From Eledone cirrhosa (taxonomy: Eukaryota), in NCBI GenBank assembly GCA_964016885.1, contig OZ024740.1:290408001-290472000 (forward strand): a stretch of DNA of 64,000 nucleotides. The letters run 5' to 3'. The notes beneath the pieces were generated by a model. That model made no database searches. It was not told the origin of the DNA and saw nothing but the letters and a program-made list of their open reading frames with translations. Positions 20,918-33,837 of this stretch are shown here, piece after piece (position 1 is the stretch's first letter; each line of letters opens with the position of its first letter). The translations under genes and the position numbers were made by a program.

Positions 20918-23900
20918 CAAATAAAAAAACCGGACACCCAAATAAAAAACTGCGCACCCAAATAAAAAACGGGGCACCCAAATAAAAACTGTGCACCCAA
21001 ATAAAAAACGGGGCACCCAAATAAGAAAACGGGACACCCAAATAAAAAGCGGGGCACCCAAATAAAAACCGGACCCCTCCATAATAAAACGGGGCACCCA
21101 AATGACCCCCCCCCCCCCTAGAAAAACGGGGTACCCAAATAAAAAATAGAATCCCCCTATAAAAAAACGGGGCACCCAAATAAAAAACGGAGCACCACAA
21201 AAAAAACGGGGAACCCAAATAAAAAATGGACCCCCCCCCCCATAAAAAAACGGGGCACCCAAATAAAAAACGACCCCCCTAAAAAGTCGGGGCACCCTAA
21301 TAAAAAAACGGGCCAAACAAATAAATAACGGGCCAAACAAATAAAAAACGGTGCACCCAAATAAAATAACGTGGCACCCAATTAAAAACACGGGACACCC
21401 AAATAAAAAAACGGACACCCCATAAAAAAACGGGGCACCAAATAAAAAACGGGACATCCAAATAAAATAACGGGACACCCAAATAAAAAACGGGGCACCC
21501 AAATAAAAAAACGGAGCATCCAAATAAAAAACGAGGCACCAAAATAAAAAACGGATCCCCAACAAAAAAAGGGGCACCCAAATAAAAAACGGATCCCATC
21601 CCTCATAAAAAAACGGGGCACGCAACTAAACCCACCATAAAAAATGGGGCACCCAAATTAAAAACGCCCCCCCCCCCATAAAAAACGTGGCACCCAAATA
21701 AAAAACGCTCCCCCCCCCTAAAAAAACGAGGCAAAAAAATATAAAAATGTTACATCCACATAAAATAACCGGACACCCAAATAAAAAACGGGGTACCCAA
21801 ATAAAAAACGGGTCTCCCAAATAAAAAACGGGGCACCCAAATAAAAAACGGACCCCCCCATAAAAAAACCGGGCAGCAAATAAAAAACCAGGCACCCAAA
21901 TAAAAAACGGACCCCCCATAAAAAAACGGGGCACCCAAATAAAAAACGGGGCACCCAAATGAAAAACGGGGCACCCAAATAAAAAACGGACGCCCCCATA
22001 ACAAAACGGGGCACGCAAATAAAAAAACGGGACACCCAAATAAAAAACGGGGCACCCAAATAAAAAATGGGGCACCCAAATAAAAAAGGGGTCAGCAAAA
22101 TAAAAAAAATGGGCTCCCGAATAAAAAACGGGACACCCAAATAAAATAATGGGGCACCCAAATACAAATAACGGGGCACCCAAATAAAAACGGGGCACCC
22201 AAATAAAAAACAGGCCACCCAAATAAAAAACGGGGCACCCGAAATAAAAAACGGATCCCACCCCTCATAAAATAACGTGGCACCCAAGTAAAAAACGCCC
22301 CCATAAAAAAACGGGGCACCCAAATAAAAAAATGGGGCACCCAAATAAATAACGGGGCACCCAAATAAAAAGATTGGGCACCCAATTAAAAACACGGGAC
22401 ACCCAAATAAAAGAACGGACACCCCATAAAAAAACGGGGCACCAAATAAAAAACGGGACATCCAAATAAAAAACGGGGCACCCAAATAAAAAACGGGACG
22501 CCCAAATAAAAAAACGGACACCCCATAAAAAAACGGGGCACCAAATAAAAAACGGGACATCCAAATAAAAAACGGGGCACCCAAATAAAAAAACTGGGCA
22601 CCCAAGTAAAAAACGGGGCACCTCAAATAAAAAACGGGCACCCAAAAAAAAACGGGGCACCCCAAATAAAATGGGGAAACAAATAAAAATTGGTCCCTCC
22701 CACCATAAAAAAACGGGGCACCCAAATAAAAATCGGACCTCCCATAAAAAACGGGGCACTCAAATAAAAAAACGGGCCACCCAAATAAAAAACGGGGCAC
22801 CCAAATATTAAAAAGGGGCACCCAAATAAAAACGGGGCACCCTAATAAAAAACAGGCCACCCAAATAAAAAACGGGGCACCCAAACTAAAAAACGGATCC
22901 CACCCCTCATAAAAAAAACGGGGCACCCAAATAAAAAAACGGAGCAACCAAATAAAAAACCGGGCACCCAAATAAGAAACGGCCCCCCCTAAAAAGACGG
23001 GGCACCCAAATAAAAAATTGACCGCCACCCATAAAAAAAACGGAGCACCCAAATAAAAAAAGGGGAACCCAAATAAAAAACGGAGCCTCCCATAATAAAA
23101 CAGGGCACCCAAATAAAAAATGGACCCCCAACCATAACAAAAAAGGGGCACCCAAATAAAAAAACGGGGCACACAAATAAATAACGGGACACCCAAATGA
23201 AAAAACGGGGCACCCCAATAAAGAACGGGGCACCCGAAATAAAAAACGGATCCCACCCCTCATAAAAAAACGTGGCACCCAAATAAAAAATGCCCCCATA
23301 AAAAAACGGGCCACCCAAATAAAAAAACGGGACACCCAAATAAGAAACAGGGCACCCAAATAAAAAAAATGGGGCACCCAAATAAATAACGGGGCACCCA
23401 AATAAAAAGATTGGGCACCCAAATAAAAAACGGGGCACCCAAATAAAAAACGCCCCCCCACCACCATAAAAAAACTGGGCACCCAAATAAAAAACGGGGC
23501 ACCCAAATAAAAAACGTGGCACCCAATTAAAAACACGGGACACCCAAATAAAAAACAGGGTACCCAAATAAAAAAAACAGGTCACCCAAATAAAAAACGG
23601 GGCACCTAAATAAAAAATGGGACACCAAAATAAAAGAAAGGGGCACCCAAATAAAAATAACGTGGCACCCAATTAAAAACACGGGACACCCAAATAAAAA
23701 ACGGACACCCCATAAAAAAACGGGGCACCAAATAAAAAACGGGACATCCAAATAAAAAACGGGGAACCCAAATAAAAAACGGGACACCCAAATAAAAAAA
23801 CTGGGCACCCAAGTAAATAACGGGGCACCTCAAATAAAAAACGGGCACCCAAAAAAAAACGGGGCACCCCAAATAAAATGGGGAACCCAAATAAAAATTG

Positions 23901-24435
23901 GTCCCCCCCACCATAAAAAAACGGGGCACCCAAATAAAAATCGGACCTCCCATAAAAAACGGGGCACTCAAATAAAAAAACGGGCCACCCAAATAAAAAA
24001 CGGGGCACCCAAATATTAAAAAGGGGCACCCAAATAAAAACGGGGCACCCAAATAAAAAACAGGCCACCCAAATAAAAAACGGGGCACCCAAACTAAAAA
24101 ACGGATCCCACCCCTCATAAAAACGGGGCACCCAAATAAAAAAACGGAGCAACCAAATAAAAAACCGGGCACCCAAATAAGAAACGGCCCCCCCTAAAAA
24201 GACGGGGCACCCAAATAAAATATTGACCGCCACCCATAAAAAAAACGGGGCACCCAAATAAAAAAAGGGGAACCCAAATAAAAAACGGAGCCTCCCATAA
24301 TAAAACAGGGCACCCAAATAAAAAATGGACCCCCAACCATAACAAAAGCGGGGCACCCAAATAAAAAAACGGGGCACACAAATAAATAACGGGACACCCA
24401 AATAAAAAAACGGGACACCCAAATAAGTAACGGAG
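20918..24435. repeat. ~20-bp satellite, sub-family A (CCCAAATAAAAAACGGGGCA)
   Basis: Head-to-tail units are dominated by the ...AAACGGGGCACCCAAATAAAAAA... tail, with frequent GGCACC. A-run and C-run lengths vary. Confidence 0.95.
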
Positions 24436-24974
24436 CCCAAATAAAAAATGGATCCCCAAATAAAAAACGGACACCCAAATAAAAATGGACACCCAAATAA
24501 AAAACGGACCGCCTAAATAAAAAAACGGACCCCCCACCAAATGAAAAACGGACTCCACCCCAATTAAAAAACGAAATTCCAAAATAAAAACGGACGCACC
24601 CAAATAAAAAACGGAACCCCCGAATAAAAAACGGACACCCAAATAAATAACGGACCCCTTCCCAAATAAAAAAGGACCACCAATTAATAAACGAGATTCC
24701 CCCAAATAAAAAACGGATCCCCAAATAAAAAACAGAACCCCAGATAAAAAACTGCCCCCTCCAGATAAAAAACGAATCCCCAAATAAAAAACGGACCCGC
24801 AAATAAAAAAGGATTCCCCCAAATAAAAAACGGACCCTCTCCCAAATAAAAATGGATCCCCAAATAAAAAACGGCCCCCTCCAGATAAAAAACATATCGC
24901 TGAATAAAAAACGGACACCCATATAGAAAACGGATTCCCAAATAAAAAACGGCCCCTCCAGATAAAAAATAGAT

Positions 24975-27900
24975 CCCTAAATAATAAACGGACACCCAAA
25001 TAAAAAACGGTTTCCCAAATAAAAAACGGATCCCCAAATAAAGAACGGAGACCCAAATAAAAAACGGATTCCCCCAAATAAAAATCGAACCCTTTCCCAA
25101 ATAAAAATGGATCCCCAAATAAAAAGCGGACACCCAAATAAAAAATGGATCCTCAAATAAAAAACGGACACCCAAATAAAAAACGGATCCCCCCAAATAA
25201 AAAACGGACACCCAAATAGAAAACGGACCCCCCAAATAAAAAACGGACCCCCAAATAAAAAATGGACCGCTAAATAAAAAACGGACACGCAAATAAAATA
25301 CGGACACCCAAATAAAAAACGGATTCGCCCTAAATAAAAAACGCGCCCTCTGCCCCAAATAAATAACGGAGCAGAAATAAAAAACGGACCCCCCAAATAA
25401 AAAACGGACCCCCAAATAAAAAAATGGACCCCTAAATAAAAAACGGACACGCAAATAAAATACGGACACCCAAATAAAAAACGGATTCGCCCTAAAAAAC
25501 GGTCTCTCCACCCCAAATAAATAACGGAGCCCAAATCAAAAATGGATCCCCAAATAAAAAAAGGACACCAAAATAAAAAACGGATCCCCAAATAAAAAAC
25601 GGACACCCAAATAAAAGATGGATCCCCATATAAAAAACGGACCCCACCGCGCCAAAAAAATATAAAACGGATTTCCAAATAAAACACGGATCCCCCACCC
25701 TAAATAAAAAACGTAACGATGCACAAATAAAAAACGGAACCCACAAATAAAAAACGTATCCCCCAAATAAGAAACGGATACCCATATAAAAAACGGACCC
25801 CCACCTCAAATAAAAAGCGGATCCGCCAATAAAAAATGGTCCCCCCGCCCTATAATAAACGGAACCCCAAATAGAAAACGGCCCCCTCCAAATAAAAAAA
25901 CAGATCCCTAAATAAAAAACGGACACCCAAATAAGAAACAGACCCCCAAATAAAAAACAGATTCCCCCAAATAAAAAACGGATCCCCAAATTAAAAACGG
26001 CCCCACTCCCAAATAAAAAACGGACCCCACCCCAAAATAAAAAGCGGATCCCCCCCAAAAAAACGGACCCCAAATAAAAACGGATCCTCAAATAAAAAAC
26101 GGATTTCAAAATAAAAAACGGATCCCCAAATGAAAAACGGACCCCACCCCAATTAAAAAATGCAACTCCCAATTAAAACGGACACACAAATAAAAAACGG
26201 AACCCCCTAATAAAAGACGGACCCCTCCCACACCCCACCCCCACTCCCCACCCCAATAAAAAACGGTTCCCCAAATAAAAAACGGACGCCCAAATAAAAA
26301 ACGAGATTCCCCTCAAATAAAAAAACCGATCCCCGAGTAAAAAACGGACACCCAAATAAAAAACGGATTCCCCCCAATAATAAACGGAACCCCAAATAAA
26401 AAACGGCCCCCTCCAGATAAAAAACAGATCCCTAAATAAGAAACGGACACCCATATAAAAAACGGATTCCCAAATAAAAAACGGACCCACCCCCATATAA
26501 AAAACGGATCAACAAATAAAAAACGTACCCCCAAATAGAAAACGGCCCCCTCCAAATAAAAAAAACAGATCCCTACATAAAAAACGGACACCCAAATAAG
26601 AAACGGATTCCCAAATAAAAACGGACCCTTCACCCCAAATAAAAAACGGATCGATACCCAAATAAAAAACGGATCCCCAAATAAAAAACGGATCCCCAAA
26701 TAAAAAACGGACACCCAAATAGAAAACGGACCCCCCAAATAAGAAACGGATCCCCACCAAATATAAAACGGACCCCCTCCCAAATAAAAAATGAATCCCC
26801 AAATAAGAACCGGACACCCTAATAAAAAACGGATACCCCCAAATAAAAAACAGACCTCCTCCCAAATAAAAAGCGGACACACAAATAAAAAATGGATCCC
26901 CAAATAAAAAACGGATCCCCCAATAAAAAACGGACCTTCCTCCCAATTAAAAACGAATACCCCTCCCCCCACAATAAAAAACGGATCGATCCCCAAATAA
27001 AAAACGCATCCCCAAATAAAAAACGGACCCCAATAAAAGTGGACCCACCCCCCAATTAAAAACGAATCCCCCTCCCCCCTCAATGAAAAACGGACCCCCA
27101 AATAAAAAACGGCCCCCTCCAAATAAATAACAGATCCCTAAATAAAAAACGGACACCCAAATAAAAAACGGATTCCCAAATGAAAAACGGACACCCAAAT
27201 AAAAAACGGACCGCCCAAATAACCCCCCCCCCCCACACACACACACATACAGGCACACCAAATAAAAAACGGACCCCACCCCAATTAAAAAACGGAACTC
27301 CCAAATAAAAACGGACACCCGCAAATAAAAAACCGAACGCTAAATGGAAAACGGATCCTCAAATAAAAACGGATCCCCAAATAAAAAACAGACCCCCAAA
27401 TAAAAAACAGATTCCCCCAAATAAAAAACGGATCCCCAAATTAAAAACGGCCCTCCTCCCAAATCATAAACCGACCACCCCAAAATAAAAAGCGGATCCC
27501 TCCCAAAAAATACGGACCCCAAATAAAAACGGATCCTCAAATAGTAAACGGATTTCCAAATAAAAAACGGATCCCCAAATGAAAAACGGACCCCACCCCA
27601 ATTAAAAAATGCAACTCCCAATTAAAACGGACACACAAATAAAAAACGGAACCCCCTAATAAAAGACGGACCCCTCCCACACCCCACCCCCACTCCCCAC
27701 CCCAATAAAAAACGGTTCCCCAAATAAAAAACGGACGCCCAAATAAAAAACGAGATTCCCCTCAAATAAAAAACGGATCCCCGAGTAAAAAACGGACACC
27801 CAAATAAAAAACGGATTCCCCCAATAATAAACGGAACCCCAAATAAAAAACGGCCCCCTCCAGATAAAAAACAGATCCCTAAATAAGAAACGGACACCCA

Positions 27901-30900
27901 TATAAAAACGGATTCCCAAATAAAAAACGGACCCACCCCCCATATAAAAAACGGATCAACAAATAAAAAACGTACCCCCAAATAGAAAACGGCCCCCTCC
28001 AGATAAAAAACAGATCCCTAAATAAAAAACGGACACCCATATAAAAAACGGATTCCCAAATAAAAAACGGACCCACCACCCATATAAAAAACGGATCAAC
28101 AAATAAAAAACGGACCCCCAAATAAAAAGCGGACACCCAAATAAAAAATGGATCCCCAAATAAAAAACCGACACCCAAATAAATAACGGATCCCCCCAAA
28201 AATGAAACGGATACCCCAATAAAAAACGGACCCCCCGCCCTATAAAAAACGTACCCCCAAATAGAAAACGGCCCCCTCCAAATAAAAAAACAGATCCCTA
28301 CATAAAAAACGGACACCCAAATAAGAAACGGATTCCCAAATAAAAACGGACCCTTCACCCCAAATAAAAATGGATCGATCCCCAAATAAAAAACGGATCC
28401 TCAAATAAAAAACGGATCCCCAAATAAAAAACGGACACCCAAATAGAAAACGGACCCCCCAAATAAAAAACGGACCCCCCAACAAATAAAAAACGGACCG
28501 GCTCCTAAATAAAAAATGGATCCCCAAATAAAAAGCGGACACCCAAATATAGATCCACAAATAAAAACCGGACTCCCAAATAAAAAACGGGCCCTCAAAT
28601 TAAAAAATGGACCCCTAAATAATAAACGGACACCCAAATAAAAAACGGTTTCCCAAATAAAAAACGGATCCCCAAATAAAGAACGGAGACCCAAATAAAA
28701 AACGGATTCCCCCAAATAAAAATCGAACCCTTTCCCAAATAAAAATGGATCCCCAAATAAAAAGCGGACACCCAAATAAAAAATGGATCCTCAAATAAAA
28801 AACGGACACCCAAATAAAAAACGGATCCCCCCAAATAAAAAACGGACACCCAAATAGAAAACGGACCCCCCAAATAAAAAACGGACCCCCAAATAAAAAA
28901 TGGACCGCTAAATAAAAAACGGACACGCAAATAAAATACGGACACCCAAATAAAAAACGGATTCGCCCTAAATAAAAAACGCGCCCTCTGCCCCAAATAA
29001 ATAACGGAGCAGAAATAAAAAACGGACCCCCCAAATAAAAAACGGACCCCCAAATAAAAAAATGGACCCCTAAATAAAAAACGGACACGCAAATAAAATA
29101 CGGACACCCAAATAAAAAACGGATTCGCCCTAAAAAACGGTCTCTCCACCCCAAATAAATAACGGAGCCCAAATCAAAAATGGATCCCCAAATAAAAAAA
29201 GGACACCAAAATAAAAAACGGATCCCCAAATAAAAAACGGACACCCAAATAAAAGATGGATCCCCATATAAAAAACGGACCCCACCGCGCCAAAAAAATA
29301 TAAAACGGATTTCCAAATAAAACACGGATCCCCCACCCTAAATAAAAAACGTAACGATGCACAAATAAAAAACGGAACCCACAAATAAAAAACGTATCCC
29401 CCAAATAAGAAACGGATACCCATATAAAAAACGGACCCCCACCTCAAATAAAAAGCGGATCCGCCAATAAAAAATGGTCCCCCCGCCCTATAATAAACGG
29501 AACCCCAAATAGAAAACGGCCCCCTCCAAATAAAAAAACAGATCCCTAAATAAAAAACGGACACCCAAATAAGAAACAGACCCCCAAATAAAAAACAGAT
29601 TCCCCCAAATAAAAAACGGATCCCCAAATTAAAAACGGCCCCACTCCCAAATAAAAAACGGACCCCACCCCAAAATAAAAAGCGGATCCCCCCCAAAAAA
29701 ACGGACCCCAAATAAAAACGGATCCTCAAATAAAAAACGGATTTCAAAATAAAAAACGGATCCCCAAATGAAAAACGGACCCCACCCCAATTAAAAAATG
29801 CAACTCCCAATTAAAACGGACACACAAATAAAAAACGGAACCCCCTAATAAAAGACGGACCCCTCCCACACCCCACCCCCACTCCCCACCCCAATAAAAA
29901 ACGGTTCCCCAAATAAAAAACGGACGCCCAAATAAAAAACGAGATTCCCCTCAAATAAAAAAACCGATCCCCGAGTAAAAAACGGACACCCAAATAAAAA
30001 ACGGATTCCCCCCAATAATAAACGGAACCCCAAATAAAAAACGGCCCCCTCCAGATAAAAAACAGATCCCTAAATAAGAAACGGACACCCATATAAAAAA
30101 CGGATTCCCAAATAAAAAACGGACCCACCCCCATATAAAAAACGGATCAACAAATAAAAAACGTACCCCCAAATAGAAAACGGCCCCCTCCAAATAAAAA
30201 AAACAGATCCCTACATAAAAAACGGACACCCAAATAAGAAACGGATTCCCAAATAAAAACGGACCCTTCACCCCAAATAAAAAACGGATCGATACCCAAA
30301 TAAAAAACGGATCCCCAAATAAAAAACGGATCCCCAAATAAAAAACGGACACCCAAATAGAAAACGGACCCCCCAAATAAGAAACGGATCCCCACCAAAT
30401 ATAAAACGGACCCCCTCCCAAATAAAAAATGAATCCCCAAATAAGAACCGGACACCCTAATAAAAAACGGATACCCCCAAATAAAAAACAGACCTCCTCC
30501 CAAATAAAAAGCGGACACACAAATAAAAAATGGATCCCCAAATAAAAAACGGATCCCCCAATAAAAAACGGACCTTCCTCCCAATTAAAAACGAATACCC
30601 CTCCCCCCACAATAAAAAACGGATCGATCCCCAAATAAAAAACGCATCCCCAAATAAAAAACGGACCCCAATAAAAGTGGACCCACCCCCCAATTAAAAA
30701 CGAATCCCCCTCCCCCCTCAATGAAAAACGGACCCCCAAATAAAAAACGGCCCCCTCCAAATAAATAACAGATCCCTAAATAAAAAACGGACACCCAAAT
30801 AAAAAACGGATTCCCAAATGAAAAACGGACACCCAAATAAAAAACGGACCGCCCAAATAACCCCCCCCCCCACACACACACACATACAGGCACACCAAAT

Positions 30901-32259
30901 AAAAAACGGACCCCACCCCAATTAAAAAACGGAACTCCCAAATAAAAACGGACACCCGCAAATAAAAAACCGAACGCTAAATGGAAAACGGATCCTCAAA
31001 TAAAAACGGATCCCCAAATAAAAAACAGACCCCCAAATAAAAAACAGATTCCCCCAAATAAAAAACGGATCCCCAAATTAAAAACGGCCCTCCTCCCAAA
31101 TCATAAACCGACCACCCCAAAATAAAAAGCGGATCCCTCCCAAAAAATACGGACCCCAAATAAAAACGGATCCTCAAATAGTAAACGGATTTCCAAATAA
31201 AAAACGGATCCCCAAATGAAAAACGGACCCCACCCCAATTAAAAAATGCAACTCCCAATTAAAACGGACACACAAATAAAAAACGGAACCCCCTAATAAA
31301 AGACGGACCCCTCCCACACCCCACCCCCACTCCCCACCCCAATAAAAAACGGTTCCCCAAATAAAAAACGGACGCCCAAATAAAAAACGAGATTCCCCTC
31401 AAATAAAAAACGGATCCCCGAGTAAAAAACGGACACCCAAATAAAAAACGGATTCCCCCAATAATAAACGGAACCCCAAATAAAAAACGGCCCCCTCCAG
31501 ATAAAAAACAGATCCCTAAATAAGAAACGGACACCCATATAAAAACGGATTCCCAAATAAAAAACGGACCCACCCCCCATATAAAAAACGGATCAACAAA
31601 TAAAAAACGTACCCCCAAATAGAAAACGGCCCCCTCCAGATAAAAAACAGATCCCTAAATAAAAAACGGACACCCATATAAAAAACGGATTCCCAAATAA
31701 AAAACGGACCCACCACCCATATAAAAAACGGATCAACAAATAAAAAACGGACCCCCAAATAAAAAGCGGACACCCAAATAAAAAATGGATCCCCAAATAA
31801 AAAACCGACACCCAAATAAATAACGGATCCCCCCAAAAATGAAACGGATACCCCAATAAAAAACGGACCCCCCGCCCTATAAAAAACGTACCCCCAAATA
31901 GAAAACGGCCCCCTCCAAATAAAAAAACAGATCCCTACATAAAAAACGGACACCCAAATAAGAAACGGATTCCCAAATAAAAACGGACCCTTCACCCCAA
32001 ATAAAAATGGATCGATCCCCAAATAAAAAACGGATCCTCAAATAAAAAACGGATCCCCAAATAAAAAACGGACACCCAAATAGAAAACGGACCCCCCAAA
32101 TAAAAAACGGACCCCCCAACAAATAAAAAACGGACCGGCTCCTAAATAAAAAATGGATCCCCAAATAAAAAGCGGACACCCAAATATAGATCCACAAATA
32201 AAAACCGGACTCCCAAATAAAAAACGGGCCCTCAAATTAAAAAATGGACCCCTAAATAA
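24975..32259. repeat. Near-identical tandem duplication, unit ~3638 bp
   Basis: Sequence from 24975 recurs at 28613. Track ORFs pair with identical translations at +3638/+3637 (24977/28615, 25492/29130, 26313/29951, 27340/30977, 28240/31877). Confidence 0.93.
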
Positions 32260-33837
32260 AAAACGGACACGCAAATAAAAAACGGATTCGTCCTAAATAA
32301 AAAACGGCCCCCCACCCTAAATAAATAACCGAGCCCAAATCAAAAATAGATCCCCAATTAAAAAACGAAACTCCCAAATAAAAACGGACACACCCAAATA
32401 AAAAACGGAACCCCCAAATAAAAAACGTCACCCAAATAAATAACGGACCCCTTCCCAAATAAAAAAAGGACCACCAATTAAAAAAAGGACCCGCCATATA
32501 AAAAAAGGACCCCCAAATAAAAAAATGGACCCCTAAATAAAAAACGGACACGCAAATAAAATACGGACCGCCAAATAAAAAACGGATTCGCCCTAAATAA
32601 AAAACGGCCCCCCACCCTAAATAAATAACGGAGCCCAAATCAAAAATGGATCCCCAAATAAGAAACGGACACCCAAATAAAAAACGGACACCCAAATAAA
32701 AAACGGACCCACCAAATAAAAAACGGACCCCCCACCTAATGAAAAACGAACTCCACCCCAAATAAAAAATGAAACTCCCAAATAAACGGACACACCCAAA
32801 TAAAAAACGGAACCCCCAAATATAAAACGGACACCCAAATAAAAACGGATTCCGCCCAAATAAATAACGGACCCCTTCCCAAATAAAAAAAGGGCCACCA
32901 ATTAAAAAACGAGATTTCCCCAAATAAAAAACGGATCCCCAAATAAAAAACGGACACCCAAATAAAAACGGATTCCCCCCAAATAAAAAACGCACCCTCT
33001 CCCGAATAAAAATGGATCCCCAAATAAAAAACGGCCCCTCCAGATAAAAAACAAATCCCTAAATAAAAAACGGACACCCATATAAAAAACGGATTCCTAA
33101 ATAAAAAACGAATAACCCCCATAAAAAAAACGGATCAACAAATAAAAAACGGACCCCCAAATAAAAAGCGGACACCCAAATAAAAAATGGATCCCCAAAT
33201 AAAAAACCGACACCCAAATAAATAACGGATCCCCCCAAAATGAAATGTATACCCCAATAAAAAACGGACCCTCCACCCCAAATAAAAAACGGATCGATCC
33301 CCAAATAAAAAACGGACCCCCAAATGAAAAACGGAACGCACAAATAAAAAACGGACCCCCCCCTCCCCCCAAATGAAAATCGGATCCCCAAATAAAAACG
33401 GACACCCAAATAGAAAACGGACCCCCCAAATAAAAAACGGACCCCCACCAAATATAAAACGGATTCGCCCTAAATAAAAAAACGGCCCCCACCCTAAATA
33501 AATAACGGAGCCCAAATCAAAAATGGATCCCCAAATAAAAAACGGACACCCAAATAAAAAATGGACAGCCAAATAAAAACGGACCCCCCAAATAAAAAAC
33601 GGACCCCCCACCAAATGAAAAACGGACTCCACCCCAATTAAAAACCGAAACTCCCAAATAAAAACGGACACACCCAAATAAAAAACGGAACCCCCAAATA
33701 AAAAACGGACACCCAAATAAATAACGGACCCCTTCCCAAATAAAAAAAGGACCACCAATTAAAATACGAGATTCCCACAAAAAAAACGGATCCCCAAATA
33801 AAAAACAGAACCCCAGATAAAAAACTGCCCCCTCCAG

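Noticed and set aside
6-20965. Poly-Leu + strand ORFs
   Set aside because: These are frame shadows of (TTG/TTA)-rich repeats, interrupted by sporadic stops and using TTG/CTG starts.
27234-27250. Short (CA)n tracts (also ~30871, ~58582, ~59514)
   Set aside because: These are small slippage expansions of satellite tails, not independent elements.
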